This document shows positions 52,791 through 64,000 of a stretch of DNA of 64,000 nt, piece by piece (position 1 is the first letter of the stretch; each line of letters starts with the position of its first letter). The translations under genes were made by a program, and so were the position numbers. The DNA is from Podarcis liolepis. Its lineage: Eukaryota. The DNA is taken from assembly GCA_965112155.1 (NCBI GenBank), contig OZ218101.1, one strand, 5' to 3'. Below the pieces are notes generated by a model, which was given only the letters and a program-made list of their open reading frames with translations, made no database searches and had not been told where the DNA came from.

Positions 52791-54527
52791 ATGGAAGCCA
52801 TATTAACACTCTGTAGGACAAAGAGAAGGCCATTTAGTGAATTTAGATGCTCTGCAGCCTCCAGTCACCGACTTCTTCCTTCACTACCAAAGGAAGGAAT
52901 TAGGCCTAGTTCCTCTGAATAATAGGTCCATCTGGATGCTAAAGTTCAAGATGTGAAATAGCACCAAATAAATTTTTCAGCTTGAAATTTGGTACGGTCA
53001 GCACCAGAAATTCTCTTTATGGAATATCCCACATTCCATTTTGTCCAGGAAGTGTACCAACATTACAGGGGGAAATATAGTCCACCACAGTGGCCATCAT
53101 TGCTTTCCCAGAATGTGCTAGAATTATGGTATATCCAGTGCAATGTGGCAGCCATCAAAGGAATGTCACTGCCACCAGGGATAAGTTTAATTCTCACTTC
53201 TGAAATTCTCCCCAAGATGCCAACAATTCTTTGAAATGTCCTCCTTATTTCACTGCCTGGAAGTGGTGCAGTGAAAGGAGGGAGCCATTTCAGTCATCCC
53301 TAAAGGCAAGCCATAATTCCAGAATACATAGTAATCTACTACCTACAATTCTTTAAGTAACAGATTGGTTTCTATTTATTAGGTATATGCTTACATTTTC
53401 TAGATGCTATCTTCTATTTTCCTCAAAATATTTATAAAATTCGCTATTCTGTATTTTAAATCATTTGTATAAATTTCCTTTTCATTAATGATACTGTAGT
53501 ACTCATAAGCTCAATAGTTCTTCCAAAGATCAGATTCAAAGCGCTCTCTGAACGCTATAATGCCTAAAAGGAAATTAAACCCTGTAACCAACAAGTGTAT
53601 GGGTTGGTGTGTTTTTTTAGTACATACAGAATAAAAGGAAAGTAAACTTGACCAGCAGGTCAAATAGCAAGGGAGTATCTACAACACTAAAATTCCCAGG
53701 TGTTTTTCTTTTCATAAATTATGTATGCTGATGTATCTAAACAGAAGGGCAATTTTATATTTGACATTTTTAGTCTGAAGAAAAAGGAGATACAGAACCC
53801 AGCTCTCATACATGTTAACAGGGGCCAGGCCCATAATGCCAAGCAACAGCACAGTCCCTGAAAACCCAGTAAATGGCACAAACACACACCCACCCAGCAA
53901 AAATGCACCCCTCATCCTAATTCTGTTCTGCTTTTTCTACCAGAAAATTCTGTTAAAAGGTAAATATCAGAAAAAGATACCTGGATTCCTGGTTAATGGC
54001 ACTTTCTCCAGTGGGCAAAATCCAATATAGAAATTATTTTTTAAAAAACCGTCTCATGCATTAAACCTTTAATCCATGATTATTTGTCCTCCAAGGTGGC
54101 AGATGGCAAGTCTACGGCTGTTATTAAGACCTCTGCCATGGGCATATGTTTTCCCTGGGGCAACCACAACTCAGATCTTGGTATATTAAAACAGCTAAGT
54201 CCTTAACCAAACACAGAAAGTAGATACTCTACCTGGGAACCATAAATTTACCTTGGATGCTATTTTCCCCTGAATATTTATTTCAAATGATATTATCGTA
54301 AAACAAACATACATTTCTGTGTAATTTTATGTAGATCTAAGAAGATGCTTCTTTACAGATAAAAATTAGCTTTTAAAGAATATTTTTTATAGAATATACT
54401 TGTACCATACATACGTTCCAGCATAAAATAGCACAGATTAACTAGTCTAAAGAGAAGAATATGATACACCAGACTAGGTATTATGAGCCAAGCTTCCTAA
54501 AATTCTACCTCTTGGATCAAGTATTAG

Positions 54528-54727
54528 NNNNNNNNNNNNNNNNNNNNNNNNNNNNNNNNNNNNNNNNNNNNNNNNNNNNNNNNNNNNNNNNNNNNNNNNN
54601 NNNNNNNNNNNNNNNNNNNNNNNNNNNNNNNNNNNNNNNNNNNNNNNNNNNNNNNNNNNNNNNNNNNNNNNNNNNNNNNNNNNNNNNNNNNNNNNNNNNN
54701 NNNNNNNNNNNNNNNNNNNNNNNNNNN
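54528..54727. other. Assembly gap, exactly 200 N
   Basis: Run of N. Confidence 0.99.
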
Positions 54728-55573
54728 TACTTTCTCCATAATCAGTGCAAAAAAATTCACACATTGTCATGTGTGTTTTTTAATTTTTACTAAAAAGTCT
54801 CCACAAGGAATTTGTCAGTATCTTAAGTGACCTTTCGTTATGTGTGTTTCATTTTCACCTTTTGTCTAACTTGTTTAACTGACTGGTGGGTACACAAAAT
54901 TAATCTTCTGGCCTTTTATGTACCAAAGTCTCATTAGATACTGTGACCCTGATATCTAACAATATTTTTTTTGCAACAGTTAAAAGGTTAAAGGGTCTGT
55001 GATTAGAAATGACAGGTTTGGAGATCAGTAAATCAATACTAGGCTTTGAGTTGACCACAGTGATAGCTTTATGTACAAAGGTCAAAGCATTTAAAAGGTT
55101 CAGAAAATGGTAATGAAAACTCTTCTTTCAACTCCTTTATATTCTCTTTTTTCCAAAGAACACCTGCATACCATAGTAGATTTAGTCAATAGAAAAATTA
55201 AAATCATGATTAGAGAAGCATGATGGAGAAGATGGAGAAGGTAAATATTTCAGTAGTAAATTGAAATAAATTTGACTGTTTCCAACAAAACATTTGTTTG
55301 AACATGGTAACAGTTCCAATCATACCAAGCCTGCACATGTGATATTAAAGAACTCAAATGTGAAACTGCTCATCATATAACAAAACACAAAACGTGTCTC
55401 TAAGATCAATCTCTGTACCTGTGGACTGGAAAATGGCCAACATAATACCAATTTTTAAAAAGGGATCCAGGGGAGATGATCTTAACATCTCTTGCAGGAA
55501 GGCAGATTAGCTTAATGTCTCTTGCATAATGTCTCTGGTGGAAAGCATTGTTAAAGATAGAACTAACAAACAG

Positions 55574-55693
55574 AGAATCATAGAATCATAGTTGGAAGGC
55601 ATCACGAGTGTCATCCAGTCCAACTCCCTGCAATGCAGGAATTCTTTTGTCCAACGTGGGACTTGAATTCACAACTGAGATTCTTCTACTGAC
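55574..55693 (-). mobile_element. Squam2-like SINE nested in CR1
   Basis: Homologous to 10188-10328, with a (TTCTATGA)n CR1-type tail. Confidence 0.72.
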
Positions 55694-55786
55694 AGAAGAA
55701 TAAGTCTTGCTGAGGAAGAATCAGCCTCATTTCTGCAACCATACATCCTAACTTTTTATATTTAAAGTTCTCAAGGGTGTCATTAA

Positions 55787-55918
55787 CAGTGGCGGAGCAG
55801 AGAGCAGGCGGGGGCGGGGTGTGCCACCTGTGGGGGTGGGGCAGCTGCGCTGGAACCCACCGGGATCGCGCTACTGGGGGTGGTGCGCTCCCCCCACACT
55901 CCTCTTCCTCCGCCAGTG
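55787..55918. mobile_element. GC-rich 132-bp hAT MITE nested in CR1
   Basis: TIR CAGTGGCGGAG...CTCCGCCAGTG. Perfect TSD GTCATTAA (55779-55786 and 55919-55926). Confidence 0.9.
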
Positions 55919-58154
55919 GTCATTAAGCACATAGATAAGGGGATACAATGTGAAGATATTGTGTACTTTTACTTTTTAAAAGTTTTTGATTTCGTTGATC
56001 ATTAACTAGTTAAAGAACAGGAAGAAAAGAGTAGGGAGGGGGAATGTTAAATGCAGTTCAGTGTAAGCATGTGTAACATGATGCATGCTGGAAGAAAAAA
56101 TCTGTAACTTCACCTAAACACGAAAGGATAAAAACTGGCAGTCACTGACTAGGAAATAGATTTTGGGGTCATGGTGGATAACTAGATGAAGATGTAAACC
56201 CAGTATCTGGCAGCTGTGAAAAAGGTGACTTTCATGTTAGGAACCATTAGGGGAAGGATTTAAAATAAAACTGTAAATATCATTCTGCTGTAATACAAAT
56301 GTAAAGTGTGACTGTACTTGGAATACTGTTAACAGTTCAGGTAGTTATGCCACAAAAAGAATATCCAACATGCTACTGGGTTTTCGGTTCCATTTTTATA
56401 TATTGTGATTTTACCTTCAGATGGATTGTAATAGCTAGCATATAAGTGCTTTCATGAATAAAAATAAGTTAAATATAACATAGCTGGGTAAGGTTCTTTT
56501 AGAAAAAGAATATGTTCAATAAATTCATTACTTTTTAAGCATATTTCGTTGGCAAGGTCACCTTCCCCTTGTCGCACCATGTTACTTTATTAAACAAGGA
56601 ATATTAATAAAAGGGCTTTTCCTACTTTATTGACATCATGTGCATAAAAACTAAAAATGGAAAAAGAAAATTTTAAATAGATAGGCACCATTCGCTTTTT
56701 GAAAAACCCTACCTTCCTGTGGTTTTCCAAAAGCATTCCAAAGAGGTTACTTACATTGCTTTGAAATGGTGAGTTATGGGAAGGCCATAGCTTGAGACTA
56801 GCAGCTGAGACAGCAACAGAGATGAAAGTTATTTAGTTCTGTGATTCAAGGGGAAACACAGCTGCTACAGCTGGCCTTCTCAGATCTCAACACTTACTAC
56901 AATGATCTAGAAGGCGATAATGTGTTCTGTCTCAGTTTGAAAAATGCATTCATAAAAATAGTCTCTAAAAGGGACAAAAAATCTATTAATCACACTTCAG
57001 ACTGCGTTTTGAGCACTGAAGCAGGGCTAGGTTTACCCAAAGGGTATCTGATACATTTTGTGAGCTATCTATTATCTTTGGTCAAACATTTCAATCTAAT
57101 TTGAACTGTTCCTTTCACATGTGCTCTTATGGAGACAAGACTTGTTTACTATATATGCTTTTGATGCCAAAATAAATAGGTCACAATGAAATTGATAAAT
57201 TTAAAATTAGACTCAATAAATGCCAATAGGATCGCAACTGAAACGAGAATGTTTTGGAAAGCACAACAGTATGGCACAAGGAAGATACAATCACTTTACA
57301 ATGGCTTCTGAAAACCCTTGTATTATAATACTCAAGACAACTGGCTGGATATTTTTCTCACATTTATTTGTCTATTAACTGAAAAATAGTATATTTTATT
57401 GGAAATATGACATGCTATATAGAAACTGTAACACTTACTTAAAATAGTTTAAGACAAAGACTGATCTACCTTTAGGTTAGCTAATGAAGCTTGCCTCATT
57501 GGGGATATAATTTAAATGGTAGCAAATGCTCAATTATACATGTAGTCATATTTTAAACAATTTTGGGGTGCTGTTTTCTGCCTTGGGGAATAAAACGTAT
57601 TGTTATGTTTCTTTATAAGTCACGAAATACAAAATAAGTAAGTGAATTACACATTTATCATCAATTTAACAAGGGGGGAGTTTATAGATTATTATTTATT
57701 CATTTCTATGTTCAGTGTTAGTCTGTGAAGTACCATTTATATAGGCACATGTGGAAAGAAAAAACCCAAGCTTTCAACAAATGGAAGCCTGCATGCACAT
57801 GTATCTGCATATTAAACAGAGGCCACAGAGATCATGAATCTGCACACAAACCAGAGTATTAGGGTAAATTGAGCTGACACTATACACATACAGATATTTA
57901 AGTTATTTTCCATTCCAAGGTACTGAAGTTACATCATGCACTTAAGATCTTTGAACTGTACTTAGTGACTGTCATTGTTGATCTTTAGGTCTCAGCTTCT
58001 TGCTCCAGGAAATCTTGGAAAAAGAGTAATAGTTTTAGCTCTCTAGTTGTATATAGGTTATACAGTCTGCAAACTATATAAATAAAGGCTATTCTGTACA
58101 AGTAACTCTGTTCATTGTTTTATTTTTTTTTACTTCAAGGTGTTCTAGTTCAAA

Positions 58155-58216
58155 GAAGGAAGGAAGGAAGGAAGGAAGGAAGGAAGGAAGGAAGGAAGGA
58201 AGGAAGGAAGGAAGGA
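58155..58216. repeat. (GGAA)n microsatellite
   Basis: Read directly from the sequence. Confidence 0.95.
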
Positions 58217-60099
58217 TGGCCATGGGTTAAAATGGGTATAATGTAATGGGTTTTAAAAGATTTTATATCCAGAAAACAAATTTCATTTATTACTAAGAAT
58301 ATCCATCTATTTTTTAAAATGACAGCCACCATTATATAAGTAACTGGTATAATGTAGTTTGCATTGTTTAACAGCCCATTCACCATGTCTTCAGTCTTGG
58401 CAATCTCTGAATTCACACATTGTTAAACAACTAATTTGACAGACTTTATGGACACAGGTTTTCTTCTAAAAAGAAAGTGGCTAGAAGTAAAAAGCTACTA
58501 ATAAGGTGGTTAGTGCTCTATTTGTTAAAGCTAAATTGGGCAGCTGTAACCCCTGTAAATAGCTACAAGCATTCAGGTTCAGCAAAATGAAACTTTCCTC
58601 TAACTTTTTTGACAGTAATTTAATCTGTAAACATTATAAGCCATTAATCAAAACATAAATGTCAAGATGATTTTAAACTGACATCAAGTAAAGTCCAGTC
58701 AACAAATGCAATATTTTTTCCCTTTAATTTACACCATGAACATCCCATGACAAAGATTCTCTCGTGTTTTGTTTTTGTGGGATGTTTTATCTCTAATAAA
58801 GTGACACATTAAAGTTGCTTTTTGGCAAGTCAAAAATGTCTATCAGCGTAAACAACAACACTTTCAAATTTTAGGACATACCAAAGACATATTGTACATA
58901 TTTTAATAATCTTTGAACAGACTTGCAAACAATCACTTGCCTGGTCACCTGTGGAAAGTACGAATTGCCTGTTTACAAGAAGGTGAGTTAGCTGGCCCTG
59001 GAAGAAATGTTTCCCTTCCCCTTTTCTAGGATGTCCCCTCCACATCACAAGCTTGTGTTAAATATGGCTATCCTTCCACTATGGCACACTACATATAGTA
59101 GAGCTATATTATTGCTGAGAAGACAGAAGATATAGCTACACCAACTGTCTAGAACATTGCCCAGTTAATGTAAAGCTGTACTCTGAAAGCTTAGTACCAG
59201 AATCTATCTTCCTATCAGACCTAGAATGGAGTGGCTGAGTTTTCTCCAACTAAATACCTATTGTAAACAAAAATATGTTTCATACATCACAAAGTAATGT
59301 ATTTTCAAAGTTATATGTATCAAAACCAGAAAGCAAAACTTATTGTAAAAATGCATTCAGAGGCATCTCCTTAAGGTAATAAAAAGACAACTCATATACT
59401 TGTAATTAATCTTTTAACTCTTTCTGTGGAGACAGTTAAAATTTTTCTATGATTATGCTAGTCTATCATTCTATAGCTAATTATTCTGCTTTGACTGGTG
59501 TGTGTATGAGAGAGAAGGGTGACAGGAAAGCACACACTCACTGAAAGAGATACAAGAGCAAGAAAGAGACAAAAATATTTACATCTAGCAGGATTCAGAT
59601 AATTAGCTCTTGGAATAGTAACGCTAAACAATTCACCTAGATGAAAATGGCACTTTAAAATATACCAACATTTTAAAGGCAACTTGAAAATAAGACTCTC
59701 TTGAAGCAATTAAAACATGTTATATGATAATCAACAAATGACTCAATCTCCCCACCCCTGGAGGGCCAAATAACATCCCTGCACTGTTTCTTAAACCTTT
59801 GAAATCAAAAGAAAACTGCTTCCCTGTTCCTTGAACAATGAGCTCCCACATTCCTTGCTTCAGCAAAAGCAAATTTGTAAGCTCACTTTAAGCTCCTGAT
59901 AGTTCCTTTGGAACCCTTCCCTTCCCATGGCTTCCCAAAATGGCCTCACTGTCTAAATGGGGAGGCCTGGCAGGCCGAGTGTGGCCTATAGACTGGAGGC
60001 TCTCCACATCTGTGTTAGTTTCCCTGTATTTCACTTGCAGTCCTCTGCATGGATCCACAGACCTGTTCATCATGGTGAACATGGTTCCACGACTTGCAG

Positions 60100-60438
60100 T
60101 TTTCACTTGGAGTTGTAGACAATGAGGAAGCAGACCCTCTCAATGATAGCACCCACCCTCTGGAATGTCATCCTTCAGATAACTTGCAACACAGATACTG
60201 TTATGACCTTTAAGTACCTCTTAAAAAATGTATTTTTAACACCAAGTTTCCTGGACTCTGACTTTTAAATGTTCAATTCTCTGTTTTATACACAGCTCAG
60301 GTTTCTATGTGATACATATTTAACTTTTGGGGTTTGTATTATTTTTATTTAGCTTTCAGGAAAACATACTGACTGTTTTTATATATTTTTAATGTTCTTT
60401 TATGCAAACCACTTACAGAAGTTTACTAATAAATAAAA
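60100..60438 (+). mobile_element. L2-like 3' fragment
   Basis: ...APTLWNVIL...TFKYLLKN-like C-terminus, T-rich 3' UTR and aataaataaa tail. Confidence 0.5.
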
Positions 60439-62607
60439 TTATCTCTCTCCTCTGGCAACTGCCTTCGAAGCTTGGTGCAACAGGTGGAAACTATCACAGA
60501 GAAAGGAGGTTTTGAGGAGGGATTTGAGGGAAAGACTTCCAATTACAAACAACAAAACTAATAAACAGGGGAGGAGCTGCCAAAGCCCAATTACCCTCAC
60601 AGCAGTTACATCCTTTCACTTACAGAGAAAGCAAGGAAACAGCCATACCACTCAGTTCTGTGAACTTGAATTGAATATCTGCAGCTCTTGTCTGCAGATA
60701 AGATAGGAAGAACAAGGAAAAAACTCTGGAGGAGAAAAATGGCATGTGAAATCTGACGAGATGTATTTCACTAAATCGAATGGATGTGTGCCAGAGAACT
60801 GTGGCTAATCATGGCTCCCCAGCTGGTTTCACACCGTGTTTCCACATGTTTGGAAATTCCCCTTAACATTTTATATGCAGCAAGCATGAGATCCATAAAA
60901 ATGTGAATCATCCATAAATCTGAAACGGAACTAGTTGTCTTCTATCGCCACAAGCAGAGAGGATTAGACAACACATCCTCGTAAGCCAATCAAAAGTGGG
61001 TAGAGAAAAATATTTATTTTTAAAACAAGTAAATATTTATATGAACAAAACTTAGAATGAATCAAATATACTGAAGAAGGTAAGCAAAAGAAAATATAAA
61101 AAATTAACATGCCGGCTGGGATATCCAGACTTCTATGTGTCTGTCAATGCCTACTGTTGAAATTTTTTTTTTATATGATAAGCAGTTTGAAGGTGGGCTG
61201 TTGTTGGGTTTTGACAGCAACAATTCTCCTCTCAAGCAACCTTTTTATTGTGATCAATGACTAGTATTAACCATTCTCCTCTACAAGGCTTCTTGACCTA
61301 CTAACTGGATTCTTGAATGCCCTTGTTGAGTTTTCCAAGTTGTATGGCTGATGTTGCTGCTGAAATCTGTTGTCACAGTAGAAGACAAGATCGAATCAGC
61401 TGTTCATATGACTGTCCCCATGCACCCTCTCTCACAATGTATAGCTTGGTTGGCTGCTTAGTTGACATGAGAGATGTGAACAATGAAGCAAGTTGGACTA
61501 CCCATTAATTTATATCATGGGCACACCTTTAAATATAGTTCAATCACCTTTTATCATTTTTAAAGTATACTACGGCTTTCTTTTCTGAATAAACTTTCAA
61601 GAATGAAGTATATATGCCTCACAGGTCAAACATTATATTCTATAACAGCTCTAGCAATTATAAAAACAATGCTGACAGCTCTATCAGGGGGGAAAATTAA
61701 GAAACAAATGACAGAAACCAACAAGGTTATAAAATATTTGCCAATGGGCTGTCTGTTAAACATTGACTACTGATTTCATGCACCAGTAACTAAACAGGCT
61801 AATTAAGAAGTGTGAATATACAGCTACTTTTAAAGATGCCAAGTTCCTAATGTAGGTCTACAACAGGTTTTTCCCTAGCCCAAGAGAAATGGCAAGAAGA
61901 GAAGCATAAGGTTGAGGTGTTTTTCCAGAAACAATGCATAGTCAATTCATTGTGCTTGAATATACTGCAGTGGAGTATATATCGACAATTTAGAGCCTGG
62001 AAGTACACATAAGACTATGAACTGGCAGTCATCCATTACCTTTAGTATTAGTCTGTTCCCCTTTTCATCACACTGACTGTAAATATTGAATATTAAAATG
62101 TATCTAATGATAAAGTTAATTAATATATCAAGTGCTTTTTAGTTTGTACCCTTTGTTATTTAGCTTGTACCTCCTTGGTATTAACCCTTGGAATATGTAG
62201 TGAAATCACCTTTTAATCTCTATTGGATTGGTCAATAACAAAGAGGATGTAGGCCATCAGAGCAGGATTCTGACTAGATACTGCCCTAGATCTATTTTTC
62301 TGGTGTAGCAGGAGAGGATGGCAAGATTCAGGGACATTTAAACATTTCAATTACAATACATTTTTTAAATTTGCAGAATATGAACATATATCTTCTCAAA
62401 ATCAAGCACTGCCAGGATTTGATTCTTTTTGTTTCATGATGTATTTCTTATCAATAAAAAATTTGGTGTGTTGCAAGCAAATCTTTATTCTGAAAGTATG
62501 GGCTGGAGAAGAAAAATGGAGAAACACTGCTGTATTCTAATAATAAATGCATTATCTGAGTGTAAATTCTTATGTAGCTAAGATGGCACCACTCACATGG
62601 TTTACAG

Positions 62608-62636
62608 ACGTGTGTGTGTGCGTGTGCGTGTGCGTG

Positions 62637-62668
<32 letters not shown>

Positions 62669-62669
62669 T
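62608..62669. repeat. Fold-back alternating purine-pyrimidine tract (TG)n(CG)n(CA)n
   Basis: Read directly from the sequence. Confidence 0.92.
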
Positions 62670-62973
62670 TTGGGGCTCCTGGATAACCCCACTGCTACAT
62701 CAATATTACAAGTATCATAAAGCCACAGTAGACCCTTTCTTAGCTAGCATGGAAGAGCAAGTGAGTTTGAAAAACCTTTTTTTTAAACAATCTACTTTCG
62801 CTTTGCACTTTGTGTTTCTCTTTATTCTAAGAGCAACCCCCCCTACATTTCAGTGATAATTCATGTTTTGTTTCTGTTGACCACATTCAACAAATTTATT
62901 ACATTCCTTTTTATGGAATCTGATTTTAACTTCAGGATTTTAACTTCAAGGATTATCCTGATGTAGGATTCTT

Positions 62974-63285
62974 AAAGGTAAAGGTAAAGGTACCCCTGAC
63001 TGTTAGGTCCAGTCGTGGAGGGAGCCAGCGTTTGTCTGCAGACAGCTTCCAGGTCATGAGGCCAGCATGAATAAGCTGCTTCTGGCGAACCAGAGCAGCA
63101 CACGGAAACGCCGTTTACCTTCCCGCAGGAGCAGTACCCATTTATCTACTTGCACTTCGACGTGCATTCGAACGGCTAGGTGGGCAGGAGCTGGGACCAA
63201 ACAACAGGAACTCACCCCGTCGTGGGGATTTGAACCGCTGACCTTCTGATCGGCAAGCCCTAGGCTCAGTGGTTTAGACCACAGC
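62974..63285 (-). mobile_element. Sauria SINE (Squam1), slightly 5'-truncated
   Basis: Reverse strand GCTGTGGTCTAAACCACTGAGCCTAGGGCTTGCCGATCAGAAGGTCAGCGGTTCAAATCCC..., ending in the diagnostic (ACCTTT)n tail. Confidence 0.92.
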
Positions 63286-63682
63286 AATGGTAACTCCCAC
63301 TGCTGTCAGAAAAAGCTGTTTGTAATTAGATATTTACTGAAGTCATCAAATTGAAACTTAGTTTAAATTTAGGTAGCCTCCTGGAGGCTTGCTAATGAAA
63401 GCCAGTTGGAATCAGTCAGGTTGAAGGACTTAAATTAGTTGCTTTGGGAATGCAGAAAACGCCTTTCCAATTATTATTTTTTTATTTTTGTCATTTATTA
63501 GATTTCTTATGCAACCTTCACTATGAGGGCAAATTATAATGTTAAAATATTAAAACAAAATGTACTACAATCACGATAATAGGGTGGGTCCTAAAATATA
63601 TGTGTCAGGTGTCAGACTAGGACAGACATTTAAATTATCCTCTTAAAACTTTTGACTTCTTCATCTATCTCTTTCTTTCACA

Positions 63683-63710
63683 TGTGTGTGTGTGCGCGCA
63701 CACACACACA
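63683..63710. repeat. Perfect 28-bp palindrome (TG)6 CGCG (CA)6
   Basis: Read directly from the sequence. Confidence 0.92.
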
Positions 63711-64000
63711 CATATCCCTATGTGTTAACAATCCATATGAGTTGACATGTCGCTGCGCACATTAAGAATTGTATGACTATTGTGTACTACATGAAGCATA
63801 TTAAGGAGAGCAGGCAAGTTGCACACAACTCAGCTCTATTACTACATATCAGTAGGCACCTGAGGTGGAAGTTCCACTTAAGTAATACATTGTTGATAAT
63901 TATCAGATGATATATCCTTGCAATCAACAGACTTCAAACCCAACTGTTGTTTAAGTAAATCCACATGTCCCACATGTGATCATCTACAAATATTTCAAAT

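Larger units (their letters stand above)
55415..56365 (+). mobile_element. Old CR1 ORF2 relic with internal deletions and two nested insertions
   Basis: VPVDWKMANIIPIFKKG at about 55415, DIVYF(D)F-like motif at about 55957, and the MQFSVSMCNMMH...DFGVMVD...LEYC region at 56050-56335. Confidence 0.8.

Noticed and set aside
54461-54793. ORFs spanning the N run
   Set aside because: Artefacts of the assembly gap.
60753-60781. Hammerhead-like CTGACGA-GAT...ATC-GAA
   Set aside because: It reads GAAT rather than GAAA, stem II has only 3 bp, and I found no convincing stems I or III. A competing GTGAAAT/ATTTCAC hairpin is present. Probably chance.

Overview
AT-rich vertebrate genomic DNA. The repeat content (Sauria/Squam1, Squam2-like and Squam3-like SINEs, plus CR1, L2, Penelope-like and DIRS relics) points to a squamate, probably a lacertid lizard (inference). 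The window lies inside ROBO1 on the minus strand. Only one coding exon is visible: 12310-12467 (158 bp, first part of Ig domain 2, canonical AG/GT). The rest is intron, and the other ORFs in the track are chance ORFs or transposon debris. The introns carry layered mobile DNA: hAT and Tc1/mariner MITEs with intact TIRs and TSDs, SINEs, CR1 and L2 fragments, solo LTRs, a decayed DIRS1-like tyrosine-recombinase retrotransposon, microsatellites and a 200-N gap. The most notable item is a Penelope-like insertion (5673-5840, 15-bp TSD). It carries a complete minimal type I hammerhead ribozyme motif (5793-5830, + strand) overlapped by a perfect 34-bp inverted repeat. I found no evidence for a novel protein-coding system. 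Family names are from recognition, not database searches.
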